DNA of 64,000 nt from Candidatus Rokuibacteriota bacterium (lineage in GTDB: Bacteria; Methylomirabilota; Methylomirabilia; Rokubacteriales; CSP1-6): positions 561 to 64,560 of the forward strand of contig JACPCF010000019.1 of assembly GCA_016179965.1 (NCBI GenBank), in the 5' to 3' direction. The position numbers and the translations under genes were made by a program. Of the stretch, positions 45,232-55,637 are shown in pieces; position 1 is the stretch's first letter; each line of letters opens with the position of its first letter. The notes below the pieces were generated by a model that worked only from the letters and a program-made list of their open reading frames with translations, ran no database searches and was not told the DNA's origin.

Positions 45232-46494
45232 ATGGGCAGAGTCAGATGTCTGGCCGGCGTCAGAGCGATCTTGGGGACACTCGTCATCGCGGTCCTCTTG
45301 GGGCTATGGGCCTCAGCGCCCGCGCACGCGGCCGAGCGCGACTATTTCCTCTTCGGCTCGGCGCTCTCCCTCACCGGGCGCTTCTCTACCGAGGCCAAGT
45401 CCATGATGGAGGGGTATGAGCTCTGGAAGTGGTGGATCAACAAGCAGGGTGGCATCAAGGTCGGCGACAAGCGCTACCGCGTGGAGATCAAGTACTACGA
45501 CGACAAGAGCGATGCCGCGACGGCGGCGAAGCTGGTGGAGAAGCTGATCACGGAGGACAAGGTGGACCTGATCTTTGGCCCCTACACCAGCGGCGTGACC
45601 TTCGCCGCCAGCGCCATCTCCGAGAAGTACCGGACACCCATGTTCGAGGAAGCCGGGCTGTCGGAAGGCCTCTTCGACCGCGGCTTCAAGTACCTGTTCG
45701 CGACCGACGTGTCGGTCCGTCTGTTGATGAAGCGGCCCATGGAATACATGGTCCAGGAGCTGGGCGTCAAGAAGGTGGCAATCGTGGCGCGCGACGCGAT
45801 CTTCCCGCTGGCCATGTCCGAGGCTGCCAAGGAGTTTTTCGACAAGTACGGCGCCCAGATCATCCACTTCGAGAAGTTCGGCGCCGAGGTGAAGGACCTG
45901 ACGCCCATTCTGCGCAAGGTCCAGGCCAAGAATCCTGACATGCTCATGCTGGGCGGGCACCTCCAGGACAGCATCGCGGTCCAGAAGCAGCTCAAGGAGA
46001 TCGGATACCGGCCGAAGGGCGTCTTCTACCCGATCGGCGCCAACCACCCGGAGTTTGTGCCGGAACTTGGCAAGGACGCGGAGTACGCCACGAGCTTCCT
46101 GGCGCTCCACCCCGACATGTACTTCAAGGGGAAGCACATGGACACGAACCAGTTCTACGCCCTGGTCAAGGAGCGCTACGGCTACGGGCTCCCGAAGATC
46201 CTGGACGAGGAGATCTCGGGCGCCATGTCCATGTGCCTGGTCGTCCAGGAGGTGATCGAGACGGCTGGCGTCGCGCCGCCGTTTGACCAGGCCAAGAAAG
46301 ACAAGGTGCGGGACACCGCGGCCAAGATCGAGTTGACGACGTTCTACGGGCCGCTGAAGTTTCACGAGAAGGGCTATAACGTGGCAAAAGAATGGACGAC
46401 GATCCAGGTCCAGGATGGCCAGCTCGTGAACGTGGATCCCAAGTTCCGGGCTCCCAAGGGCAAGGCAATCTACCCGGCGCCTCCCTGGAAGTAG
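45232..46494 (+). CDS. ABC transporter substrate-binding protein (LivK/type-I PBP family)
   Basis: signal peptide; periplasmic binding protein fold. Confidence 0.75.
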   Translation: MGRVRCLAGVRAILGTLVIAVLLGLWASAPAHAAERDYFLFGSALSLTGRFSTEAKSMMEGYELWKWWINKQGGIKVGDKRYRVEIKYYDDKSDAATAAKLVEKLITEDKVDLIFGPYTSGVTFAASAISEKYRTPMFEEAGLSEGLFDRGFKYLFATDVSVRLLMKRPMEYMVQELGVKKVAIVARDAIFPLAMSEAAKEFFDKYGAQIIHFEKFGAEVKDLTPILRKVQAKNPDMLMLGGHLQDSIAVQKQLKEIGYRPKGVFYPIGANHPEFVPELGKDAEYATSFLALHPDMYFKGKHMDTNQFYALVKERYGYGLPKILDEEISGAMSMCLVVQEVIETAGVAPPFDQAKKDKVRDTAAKIELTTFYGPLKFHEKGYNVAKEWTTIQVQDGQLVNVDPKFRAPKGKAIYPAPPWK

Positions 46495-46564
46495 CTCTCG
46501 GCCCTCACGCGGCGAGGAGGGGGCCGTCCCCTCCTCGCCCATACTCAATGGCAAGGCTCGCAAC

Positions 46565-47440
46565 GTGGACTGGCACCCGTTCGCCGTCGCGGTGATCGAC
46601 GGGATCCTGCTCGGCGGGATCTACGCCGCCTTCTCCGCCGGATTCTCGCTGGTCTTTGGGACGATGCGGGTCATCAACCTCGCCCAGGGCGAGCTGGTGA
46701 TGCTCGGGGCGTTCAGCGCGTACTGGCTCTACAGGGTTCAGGCCATTGACCCGTTCTACAGCATCCCGATCGTCCTGGGCGTCCTCTTTCTCGTCGGGTT
46801 CGGCCTCCAGAAGCTCCTTATCAATCGGATCATCGCCAAGGAGCCGCTTGTCTCCCTTCTCCTCACCTTCGGAATCTCGCTGATCCTGGAAAACCTGGCT
46901 CTTCGTCTGTGGACCGGGGACTACCGAACCATCACCACGTCGTACACGGGCTCGCGGACCGTGGTCGCCGGCGTCACCCTGTCCAACATGCGCGTGGTCG
47001 GGTTGGGGCTCGCGATGCTGGCCATGGTGGGCCTCTTCCTGTTCCTTACGAAGACCAAGATCGGCAAGGCGATCCGGGCAACAGCCCAGCACCCCGACGC
47101 TGCCCGGCTCATGGGAATCCGGATCCACCAGATCTACGCCCTGACCTTCGGCGTAGGCGCCGCCCTGGCAGGGCTGGCCGGCGTTCTCATCGCCCTCATC
47201 TTCACGATCCAGCCGGCGATGGGCGGGTTCTACACGCTCATGAGCTTCTGCGTGGTAGTGCTGGGGGGCATGGGATACGTTCCGGGAGCCCTGGTGGGTG
47301 GTTTCGTCCTGGGGATCATCCAGACCACTTCCGCCACCTTCCTGGGCGGTCACTGGATGGAGTTTTCGATTTTCGCAACCCTTCTCCTCGTCCTCCTGTC
47401 CCGGCCGGCAGGGATCCTCGGCAAAGGGATCGTGGAATAG
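46565..47440 (+). CDS. livH: branched-chain amino acid ABC permease (LivH-like)
   Basis: 291 aa membrane protein. Confidence 0.8.
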   Translation: MDWHPFAVAVIDGILLGGIYAAFSAGFSLVFGTMRVINLAQGELVMLGAFSAYWLYRVQAIDPFYSIPIVLGVLFLVGFGLQKLLINRIIAKEPLVSLLLTFGISLILENLALRLWTGDYRTITTSYTGSRTVVAGVTLSNMRVVGLGLAMLAMVGLFLFLTKTKIGKAIRATAQHPDAARLMGIRIHQIYALTFGVGAALAGLAGVLIALIFTIQPAMGGFYTLMSFCVVVLGGMGYVPGALVGGFVLGIIQTTSATFLGGHWMEFSIFATLLLVLLSRPAGILGKGIVE

Positions 47441-47444
47441 AAGC

Positions 47445-48392
47445 GTGGCACGCGGGGCGAAGCTCCTGACCCTGGGGGTCCTCTTCGCGGGTCTCGTCGG
47501 GCTCCCATTTTTTCTCACCGGGTACAAGCTTAGATTCGTCACTTGGCTTCTCATGTGGGTCGGTCTGGCGAGCACCTGGAACCTCTTCTCCGGGTATACG
47601 GGGTATATCAACTTCGGGCCTGTGGCCTTCTTCGGCGTGGGGGCATACGTCACGGCGGTGCTGATGGTGAAGGCCGGGGTCTCATTCTTCCCCGCCCTCC
47701 TTGCCGCTGGAGTCCTTGCCGGCATCGCTGCCCTTCTCCTAGGTGTCCCCACCCTCCGGATCCGAGGGGCCTACTTCGCGATCGCCACCCTCGCCTTCTC
47801 CGAGGCCACGCGATCGCTCACCCTGAACCTCTCCGGGCTCACCGAGGGGGGAAAAGGCCTCATGCTCCCGATCTACAACAACGCGTACTTCTTCTACTTT
47901 GTGATCCTCGGCCTCACCGTCGCGGTCGTGGCCACGGTCGCCTTCATCCAGCGGACGCGGTTCGGGATTACCTTGGTTTCGATCCGGGAGGACGAGGTGG
48001 CGTCCCAGGTTCTGGGGGTCAATACGTTCTTAAACAAGATGGCAGCCTTCGGGTTGAGCGGCGTGTTCCTCGCCCTGTACGGCGGGATCTATGCCTACTG
48101 GCAGACCTTCATCGAACCCGGAGAGGTCTTCAACGTTCTTTACTCCGTCCAGATGCTCGTCATGACCTTCCTCGGGGGATCCGGCACCCTCCTGGGCCCG
48201 ATCGTCGGGGCCGTCGTTCTCGGGGCCATGACCGAGTATCTCTGGGCGACGTTTACCTATGTCTATCTAATCTTCGTGGGCGTGTTGATCGTGGCCACCG
48301 TCCTCTTTCTCCCTGACGGGGTGTGGGGGTATTGCGTTCAGACGCAGTCACGGCGTAGGCGCCGCGCCCAGCCCGCGCCGGTCCTGGAATGA
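47445..48392 (+). CDS. livM: branched-chain amino acid ABC permease (LivM-like)
   Basis: GTG start right after the livH stop; membrane protein. Confidence 0.75.
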   Translation: MARGAKLLTLGVLFAGLVGLPFFLTGYKLRFVTWLLMWVGLASTWNLFSGYTGYINFGPVAFFGVGAYVTAVLMVKAGVSFFPALLAAGVLAGIAALLLGVPTLRIRGAYFAIATLAFSEATRSLTLNLSGLTEGGKGLMLPIYNNAYFFYFVILGLTVAVVATVAFIQRTRFGITLVSIREDEVASQVLGVNTFLNKMAAFGLSGVFLALYGGIYAYWQTFIEPGEVFNVLYSVQMLVMTFLGGSGTLLGPIVGAVVLGAMTEYLWATFTYVYLIFVGVLIVATVLFLPDGVWGYCVQTQSRRRRRAQPAPVLE

Positions 48393-48419
48393 TCCCATCT
48401 GGTATGTTGGAGAAGGGTT

Positions 48420-49709
48420 ATGAAGGGAACAACGCTGCCGACTGAGACAGTCTTTGTCCTGGAAACCTCCCCGATCAAATTCGGCCTGGGTGCCACGGAC
48501 GAGCTGGGCCATGACGCCCGCCGGCTCGGGATGACACGGGCCCTGATCGTCACCGACCGGCACCTGATGGCGCTGGGGCTCCCGACGTGCGTCCGCGCCC
48601 TCCTGGACGAGGAGGGGATCAAGGCTGAGATCTTCGATGGGGTGCACGTCGAGCCGACAGACCGGTCAGTGGAGGAGGCGGCGAGGTTCGCCAGTGGCGA
48701 GGGCTTCGACGGGTTCGTTGCCGTGGGCGGCGGGAGCACCATCGATACCGCAAAGGCGGTGAACGTGCTCACCAGCTATCCCGCTCCGCTCCGCGACTAC
48801 ATCAACAAGCCCATCGGCGGGGGTGTGGCGGTGCCGGGCCCGCTCAAACCGCTGATCGCTGTGCCGACGACAGCCGGGACCGGGAGCGAGACGACGGCGG
48901 TGGCGGTAGTCCACCTCACCGAGCTCCGCGTCAAGGCCGGGATCTCCCACCGCTTGCTCAGGCCGTCGCTGGGAGTCGTGGATCCTCTGAACAGCCTGAC
49001 CGCGCCCCCCGAGGTCACCGCCGCGGCTGGCGCCGACATCCTCACCCATGCCCTGGAGTCCTATACCACCCGACGCTACGACGCCCGGCCCAAGCACCAC
49101 CCGGCCGAGCGGCCCACCTACATCGGGGCCAACCCGATCAGCGATCTCTGGTCAGAGAAGGCCATCGAGTACGTGGGGCGCTACCTGAGGCGCGCGGTCC
49201 TGAACGGCCAGGACCTGGAGGCTCGCTGGCACCTGGCCCTGGCCGCGACTTACGCTGGGATCGGCTTCGGCAACGCGGGGGTCCACATCCCCCATGCCTG
49301 TGCGTACCCCATCGCCGTTCAGGTCGAGAGGTACGTGCCACCTGGATACACGACCGAGGAGCCGCTTGTTCCCCACGGAGTCTCGGTCATCGTCACGGCG
49401 CCGGCAGCCTTTCGCTTCACCTATCCAGCCTCGCCCGAGCGCCACCTGCGAGCGGCCGAGCTTCTGGGGGTGAGGACCCGCGACCTCTCGCTGGCCGATG
49501 GGGCCGAGGCGCTCCCCAGGGCTCTCGTGACACTCATGCGGGAGGTGGCGATCCCGAATGGGCTTGAGGCCCTGGGGTACACGGAGGCGGACATTCCGGC
49601 CTTGATCGAAGGAACGCTGAAGCAGCCCCGCCTCCTGGTGGGAGCCCCGCGCTCCGTCTCCGCCGCCGAGCTAGAGCGGATTCTCCGCGAGGCAATGCGG
49701 TACTGGTAG
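48420..49709 (+). CDS. iron-containing alcohol dehydrogenase family protein (hydroxyacid-oxoacid transhydrogenase-like)
   Basis: GGGSTIDTAKA and His-rich metal site HIPHACAYP. Confidence 0.8.
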   Translation: MKGTTLPTETVFVLETSPIKFGLGATDELGHDARRLGMTRALIVTDRHLMALGLPTCVRALLDEEGIKAEIFDGVHVEPTDRSVEEAARFASGEGFDGFVAVGGGSTIDTAKAVNVLTSYPAPLRDYINKPIGGGVAVPGPLKPLIAVPTTAGTGSETTAVAVVHLTELRVKAGISHRLLRPSLGVVDPLNSLTAPPEVTAAAGADILTHALESYTTRRYDARPKHHPAERPTYIGANPISDLWSEKAIEYVGRYLRRAVLNGQDLEARWHLALAATYAGIGFGNAGVHIPHACAYPIAVQVERYVPPGYTTEEPLVPHGVSVIVTAPAAFRFTYPASPERHLRAAELLGVRTRDLSLADGAEALPRALVTLMREVAIPNGLEALGYTEADIPALIEGTLKQPRLLVGAPRSVSAAELERILREAMRYW

Positions 49710-50026
49710 GGCCGATAGTGCGGCTGGTGGGGCTGCTTGCGCTCCTCCCGCGACTGACAATGGTCCCCTCGCCGGTAGCGCTCTCAAGGGCCACTTCGGT
49801 TGGCGTAGAGAGTCAATGGTCTTGAGCCCTTTTAACCGAAATAGGTCTTACCATCCCATTCGGAGCTGAAGTTAGCAGCGCAGAGGTACCTTCACAGATT
49901 CAAGTCCTTATCATCGGCTGGGACGAAAAGACATGGTCGCCCCGCCTGGCGGAGGCCGCCCCCGCTTCATTACGACCACCCTGCTGCTGGCCGCCCCCTC
50001 ACCTCATGCGCGCTGCTCCCGGGCCA

Positions 50027-51094
50027 CTAAGGTCTGAACACGAAGCCGAGGGTCAAGGCGGCGGCGGCAGGAATCGGGGGGAGATCGGCGAAGAGCTCAG
50101 GGTGATCCTTCATCACCTTCAGGATGTGCTTGGGCTCGAAGTGCTTGTTGACGTCGAAGGTCGCCTTGATGAAGCCCAGGCGGTGGAGCCGGTCCTGGGC
50201 GCTCCAGAGCGCCCGGTAGTTGTTCGCCGACAGGCGCCGGTCCACCTGCTCGATGTTGTACTTCATCGCGGCCTCCGCCACCTCGGGCTTCAACCCCGGG
50301 ATCCAACGCGTGGCCACGGCAGCGGCGGCCTTGGGGTTGGCGCGCATCCACTTGTCGGCCTCGGAGCACGCGGCCAGGAAGCGCTCGACCGTCTCCCCGT
50401 TCTTCTCCACCCACTCGCGAAGGGCGACATTGAAGCCGAGGAAGCCGATCACCTCGCCGCCCCGGACGATCTCGTAGGCGCCGGGGACATCGCGCGTCGC
50501 CACGATCGGCCACGGGTCCCAGGCGCTGAAGGCGTCGATCCCCTTGGCCAGGAGCGCCACCGTCATGTCGGGCGGCGGCGTGTTGACGAGCGTCACGTCC
50601 TGCAGCGTCAGGCCCGCCTTCTCCAAAAGCGCCAGGATGTAGAGGTGGTTGATCGTCCCGAACGAGGCGGCGATCCGCTTGCCGCGCAGATCCTTCAGGT
50701 TCCGCTTGGCGATGCCCGACCCCTCGCGCCCCACCAGGGCCATCGTCGAGTCCGAGCCCAGCCTGGCGGCGCTGCCGGTGTAGTTGCCGAGGATCACGAG
50801 GTCCATCCCGCGGAGGACCGCGCCGATCATCGGGACGCCGACCTGTCCGAGCTGGACCTCCCCCGCCTGGAGCGCGTTCAGCTGGTCCACGCCCGTCGCG
50901 TACGGGCGCGCGATCGCGACCTCCAGCCCCCACTTCTCGAAGAAGCCGCGCTCCAGCGCGATCGGCACGCCGAGCTGGTCGATGGCCGCCACGATGCCAG
51001 CCTTCACCTTGATCGGCGCGGGCCTCGCCTGCCCCAGGGCCTGGAGGGGCCACGCCGTCAGCCCCAGGAGGATCAGCGCACACATCGTTCTCAT
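50027..51094 (-). CDS. ABC transporter substrate-binding protein (NitT/TauT, NMT1-like family)
   Basis: start MRTMCA; signal peptide. Confidence 0.7.
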   Translation of the reverse strand: MRTMCALILLGLTAWPLQALGQARPAPIKVKAGIVAAIDQLGVPIALERGFFEKWGLEVAIARPYATGVDQLNALQAGEVQLGQVGVPMIGAVLRGMDLVILGNYTGSAARLGSDSTMALVGREGSGIAKRNLKDLRGKRIAASFGTINHLYILALLEKAGLTLQDVTLVNTPPPDMTVALLAKGIDAFSAWDPWPIVATRDVPGAYEIVRGGEVIGFLGFNVALREWVEKNGETVERFLAACSEADKWMRANPKAAAAVATRWIPGLKPEVAEAAMKYNIEQVDRRLSANNYRALWSAQDRLHRLGFIKATFDVNKHFEPKHILKVMKDHPELFADLPPIPAAAALTLGFVFRP

Positions 51095-51438
51095 CTCCGC
51101 TCCCTCCCTTGGTCGGTCTCGATCGGTTCCACCCGGGCCACCCAGTAGGGGCGGGCGACCGCCGTCAGTTCCGACGGCCGCACCCCCCGCAGCTCCACCC
51201 GGTTCCCCTCCGTCCCCGACACCCGGCCGAACCGCTGGAAGACCAGCACGTGGAAACGCTCGGGCGGGAAGCGGAGTGTCACCTGGACGTCCACCGGGCC
51301 GACGGCCCGCCCCAGGCCCGGCGCGATCTTGCCAGGGGCCCGGAGCGTCAGCCATCCCTGCCAGACGAGATAGCACGTCACCACCGCCAACACAATGCGT
51401 CCCCGTCGCGAGGCCACGAGCGCGCGCAGGAGCCTCAC
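51091..51438 (-). CDS. small membrane-anchored hypothetical protein inside the ABC operon
   Basis: 115 aa, one TM helix; 4-nt overlaps on both sides. Confidence 0.4.
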   Translation of the reverse strand: MRLLRALVASRRGRIVLAVVTCYLVWQGWLTLRAPGKIAPGLGRAVGPVDVQVTLRFPPERFHVLVFQRFGRVSGTEGNRVELRGVRPSELTAVARPYWVARVEPIETDQGRERR

Positions 51439-52199
51439 GCCGGCCTCACCATCCCCAGGACGCGGGCCACGAGCGCCTTGAAGTCCCGGTCCTCCACCAG
51501 CGGGGCCCAGACGCGCGGCCGGGGCAGGGGGACCGGGAGCTCTGCCAGCACCCGCCCGGGGGCGCTCGAGAGAACGATCACCCGGTTGGCGAGGAACACC
51601 GCCTCCTCGACATCGTGAGTCACAAACAGGATCGTCGGCCGGCGCTCCTGCCAGATGCGCGTCAGCTCCTCCTGGAGCGTCATCCGCGTCTGGGCGTCCA
51701 CGCTCGCGAACGGCTCGTCCATCAGGAGGAGGTCAGGGCTGTTGGCGAGCGCTCGCGCCACCCCCACGCGCTGCTGCATCCCGCCGGAGAGCTCGGCCGG
51801 GTAGCGCCCCGCCGCGCCCGCGAGCCCGACCAGGCCGAGGTACTCGCGGCCGATCCGCTCCCGCTCCTCGCGCGGCACCCCCCGCATCTTGGGGCCGAAG
51901 GTGACGTTCCCGAGCACCGTCTTCCACGGGAAGAGCGCGAAGGATTGGAAGACGACCCCCCGGTCCGGGCCCGGCCCCTTGACGCTCCGCCCGTCCAGCA
52001 GGATCTCCCCCCGCGAGGGCGGGATGAACCCCGCGATCATGTTGAGCAGTGTCGACTTCCCGCAGCCGGAGGGCCCGACGATCGAGACAAACTCCCCCTG
52101 CACGACCTCCAGCGACACGTCCGCGATCGCAGTCACGTGAGCCCCGGCATAGGGGTCCAGGTAGGTCTTGGAGAGCCCGCGGATGATCAGGTTTTTCAT
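51435..52199 (-). CDS. ABC transporter ATP-binding protein (NitT/TauT family)
   Basis: GPSGCGKST, LSGGMQQRV. Confidence 0.85.
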   Translation of the reverse strand: MKNLIIRGLSKTYLDPYAGAHVTAIADVSLEVVQGEFVSIVGPSGCGKSTLLNMIAGFIPPSRGEILLDGRSVKGPGPDRGVVFQSFALFPWKTVLGNVTFGPKMRGVPREERERIGREYLGLVGLAGAAGRYPAELSGGMQQRVGVARALANSPDLLLMDEPFASVDAQTRMTLQEELTRIWQERRPTILFVTHDVEEAVFLANRVIVLSSAPGRVLAELPVPLPRPRVWAPLVEDRDFKALVARVLGMVRPA

Positions 52200-53002
52200 C
52201 GCGCCACGAGCCCCCACCGCTCGACCGTCGCCCGCTCGAGCGGGACGAGGAGCCAGCCGTCGACAAAGTACCAGAGGAGGCCGAGCACGATCATGCCGAG
52301 GAGGATTTCCGTCACCTGGCCGGCCCGCCGGGCGTCGAACATGAGAAAGCCGATTCCGCTCGTCCCGACGATCATCTCCGCCGCGATCAGCGCGCGCCAG
52401 CCGTAGCCGAGCCCGTTCCTCAAGCCGGTGACGATGTTGGGGAGCGCGCCGGGCACGATCACCTCCAGCAGGATGTGGAAGCGCGGCGCCCCGAGGCTCT
52501 GCGCCGCGCGCGTCAGCTCCAGCGGCACCGAGCGGACGCCCAGCACCGTGTTCAGCACTACGGGGAAGAGAACGGTGTAGACGATCACGAAGGTCATCGT
52601 CCCCAGCCCGAAGCCGAACCAGATCAGGAGGATCGGAAGCCAGGCAATGTCGCCGATCGCCTGGAAGAACAGGAGGACGGGCCAGCCGAGCCGATGCGCC
52701 CGACGGCTCACCCCCACGAGGACGCCGAGCGGGATCCCGAGCGCCATCCCCGCGGCCGCCCCGACGGCGAGCCGGATCACGCTGTCCTCGAGATAGTCAG
52801 GAAGGACCCCCTTGTACATGAGGGTCCCAAACACGCGGAGCACCTCCATCGGCCCCGGGAAGAAGACCGCGGGGAACAAACCGGACGCCGCGAGCAGCGC
52901 CCAGAGCGCGAGGATCGGCACAAACGGGGCGAAGGAGGAGAGGCCCGGATGCGCCGCCGCCCAGCGGAGCGTGAGGCCGAGGAGCCGGAGCGCCCGCGCC
53001 AT
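52196..53002 (-). CDS. ABC transporter permease (NitT/TauT family)
   Basis: C-terminal 268 aa of ORF 52196..53815, start MARALR. Confidence 0.75.
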   Translation of the reverse strand: MARALRLLGLTLRWAAAHPGLSSFAPFVPILALWALLAASGLFPAVFFPGPMEVLRVFGTLMYKGVLPDYLEDSVIRLAVGAAAGMALGIPLGVLVGVSRRAHRLGWPVLLFFQAIGDIAWLPILLIWFGFGLGTMTFVIVYTVLFPVVLNTVLGVRSVPLELTRAAQSLGAPRFHILLEVIVPGALPNIVTGLRNGLGYGWRALIAAEMIVGTSGIGFLMFDARRAGQVTEILLGMIVLGLLWYFVDGWLLVPLERATVERWGLVAR

Positions 53003-53838
53003 CAGCCGACCCGCCGCACCATGCCCCACCGCTCGATCGTCGCCCGTTCCACCGGCGCCAGGAGGAGCCGATCGATCATGAGCCAGAGGGCCCCGATCAC
53101 GATCATGCCGAGGAGAATGACCTCGGTTCGGTAGAAATCGCGCGCCAGGAAGAGCATGTAGCCGAGCCCCGCGTTGGTCGCGATCATCTCGGCGGCGATG
53201 AGCCCGCGCCAGGCGTAGCCCATCCCGGTCCGGATCCCCGTCACGACGTTCGGCAGCGCGCCGGGGAGGAGCACCTCCGTGAGCATCCGCCATGGTCCCG
53301 CGCCCAGGGACGCGGCGGCATAGCGGAGCGGCAAGGGGATGCTCGCCACGCCGAGGAGTGTGTTGTAGGTCACAATGAAGAAGACCGCGTTGAAGATGAC
53401 GAAGGTGATGGCGCCGAAGCCGTAGCCGAACCACAGGGTGGCGATGGGGATCCAGGCGATCCCGGCGAGGACCGAGAAGAAGCGAAACAGGGGAGTCAGG
53501 ACCGCGGATGCCACCCGGCTCACGCTCATGGCCACGCCGAGCGGCACACTCACCGCGATCGCGAGCACCGTCCCAACCAGGACGCGGAGCAGGCTCTGTC
53601 CCGTATGATGGAGGAGGCTGCCGTCGCTGAGGGACTGGACGCCGGCGAGCGCCACCTCCCCGACCGACGGGAAGACGCGGGCGGGGACCTGGAACAGCGC
53701 CACCACGACGGCCCAGACCATCAGGAGCAGACCCAGCGGGACGAGGAAGGCGACCGCGGGACGCAATCCTCCGGGACCGCCCACGACGCGATCGTAGGCG
53801 GTGTCGGCTCGCCAATGCCGGCGTCTGAAGCCCCGCAT
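53002..53838 (-). CDS. ABC transporter permease (NitT/TauT family)
   Basis: 278 aa, paralog of the preceding permease. Confidence 0.75.
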   Translation of the reverse strand: MRGFRRRHWRADTAYDRVVGGPGGLRPAVAFLVPLGLLLMVWAVVVALFQVPARVFPSVGEVALAGVQSLSDGSLLHHTGQSLLRVLVGTVLAIAVSVPLGVAMSVSRVASAVLTPLFRFFSVLAGIAWIPIATLWFGYGFGAITFVIFNAVFFIVTYNTLLGVASIPLPLRYAAASLGAGPWRMLTEVLLPGALPNVVTGIRTGMGYAWRGLIAAEMIATNAGLGYMLFLARDFYRTEVILLGMIVIGALWLMIDRLLLAPVERATIERWGMVRRVG

Positions 53839-53851
53839 GTCCCCTTGACGT

Positions 53852-54679
53852 CTACTCCTTCAGGGCCCCGGCGGTCAAGCCGGTCACCAAAAACCGCTGG
53901 AGGAACAGGTAGAGGAGGATGGCGGGCAGGCCGCCCAGGAGAGACCCGGCCATGAGCATGGGCCAGATGATCCGAAACTCGCCCACGGTGCGGGCGATCC
54001 CCAGGGTCACGGTCATCATCTCCTCGCTCGTGGTCAGGCAAAGCGCCCACAGGAGGTCCCCCCAGGCCAGGAGAAAGGCAAACAGAACCGAGGCCACCAT
54101 GCCGGGGCCGAGGACCGGCAGGATGATGCGGAAGAAGACGCCGAGGCGGTCGCACCCATCGACGAGGGCCGCTTCGTCCATCTCGAGGGGCACCCCGTCG
54201 ATGAAGCCCTTCATGGTCCAGGTGGCGAACGGCAGGCAGATGGTGAGAAAGGCGATCACCAGGCCGGTGCGCGTGTCGTAGAGGCCGGTGGCGGTGAGCA
54301 CCTTGAAGTAGGGGCCGACGAGCAACACGCCGGGGAGCATCTGGGTGGCGAGGAAGAACCCGATGAGGACGCGCTTTCCCGGCAACTGGAATCTGGAAAA
54401 CCCGTAGCCGGCCAGGCTGCCGAAGAACACCGACAGGATGGCGGTCGCCAGCGAGATCACGGTGCTGTTGAAGAAATAGAGGGCAAAGTTCTTCCGCACC
54501 CAGATGCCAATCACGCTGTCCAGGGTCGGTTCCTTGGGAATCCAGGTCGGCGGGATGGCCAGGGCCTCGGACTCGGTCTTCGCCGCGGTCGAGAGCATCC
54601 ACGCGAAGGGGAACAGGACATAGATCGCGAGCATCAGGAGGAATCCGTAGACGAGGACCCGGAACGGCCAGGATCCCAT
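53852..54679 (-). CDS. carbohydrate ABC transporter permease (MalG-like)
   Basis: EAA-loop DEAALVDGC. Confidence 0.8.
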   Translation of the reverse strand: MGSWPFRVLVYGFLLMLAIYVLFPFAWMLSTAAKTESEALAIPPTWIPKEPTLDSVIGIWVRKNFALYFFNSTVISLATAILSVFFGSLAGYGFSRFQLPGKRVLIGFFLATQMLPGVLLVGPYFKVLTATGLYDTRTGLVIAFLTICLPFATWTMKGFIDGVPLEMDEAALVDGCDRLGVFFRIILPVLGPGMVASVLFAFLLAWGDLLWALCLTTSEEMMTVTLGIARTVGEFRIIWPMLMAGSLLGGLPAILLYLFLQRFLVTGLTAGALKE

Positions 54680-54715
54680 GGGCCTCCGTTTGGGCCTCCG
54701 ACCTTGGTCCACTGA

Positions 54716-55588
54716 TTATTCCTCCCGGCTGATCATCCGGATGTAGGGCAGGCTCACCAGCAGGAGCACCCCGGCCATGACCACGGCCATGGCGGAGGCG
54801 TATTCGAACCGGAAAAAGGCGAAATACTGCTTGTAGACGAGCGTCGAGAGCACCTCGGTCAGGCTCCCCGGGCCGCCCTGGGTCATGGCCTGGATGAGGC
54901 CGAAGCGTCGCACCTCCCAGACGGTGTCCAGGGCCAGGGAGACGATGAGCATTTTTCTGAGCCCGGGCAGGGTGATGTAGCGGAACCGTTGCAGGGCGTT
55001 GGCGCCGTCGATGCTGGCGGCCTCGTAGCGCTCACGGGGGATCGCCTGGAGACCGGCCAAGAGGATGATCATGACAAAGGGGAACCCCCGCCACACGTTG
55101 GCGAGGATCACACTGATCAGGGGGAGGTACCGGCCACCGAGCCAATCCAGCGGCGCGGCGAGCAGCCCCAGGCGGAGCAGGATGTCGTTGAGGGCGCCGT
55201 TGAGCGGGTTGTAGAGCCACTTCCAGATGATCCCGGTGACAACGTCGGGGACGACCCAGGGGAGAAGGGCAACCAGCCGGAGGGCGGGCTGGCCTCGCAG
55301 GGGCAGATTCAGGGCGAGGGCGACCGCCAGGCCGACGCCGAGGTGGGCGGCGACGCTCAGGCCGACCAACAGGCCCGTGTTCCAGAAGGCCTGGTGGAAG
55401 AGAGTGTCCTCGAGAAGCAGCCGATAGTGCTCGAGCGAGAAGCCCCCGCCGCTCTCCGGACGGAAACTCAAGGTCAGGCTGAAGAGGGCGGGGAAGCCGA
55501 GCACGGCCAGCAGCAGGAGGAGGGCCGGGAGGACGAAGAGATACCCGGTTCGGACGGACTTCGCTCGCGCGGTGGCCACAAGAGACAA
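54716..55588 (-). CDS. carbohydrate ABC transporter permease (MalF/UgpA-like)
   Basis: 290 aa membrane protein. Confidence 0.8.
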   Translation of the reverse strand: MSLVATARAKSVRTGYLFVLPALLLLLAVLGFPALFSLTLSFRPESGGGFSLEHYRLLLEDTLFHQAFWNTGLLVGLSVAAHLGVGLAVALALNLPLRGQPALRLVALLPWVVPDVVTGIIWKWLYNPLNGALNDILLRLGLLAAPLDWLGGRYLPLISVILANVWRGFPFVMIILLAGLQAIPRERYEAASIDGANALQRFRYITLPGLRKMLIVSLALDTVWEVRRFGLIQAMTQGGPGSLTEVLSTLVYKQYFAFFRFEYASAMAVVMAGVLLLVSLPYIRMISREE

Positions 55589-55625
55589 ACGCGGGGGAGA
55601 GGCCTCCCCTCCCCCGCGTTCCCGA
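55586..55625. repeat. intercistronic GC hairpin AACGCGGGGGAGAGG-cc-TCCCCTCCCCCGCGTT (family-2-like core) between sugar SBP and permease genes
   Basis: inverted repeat read directly. Confidence 0.4.
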
Positions 55626-55637
55626 GAGTTGGGCGTC

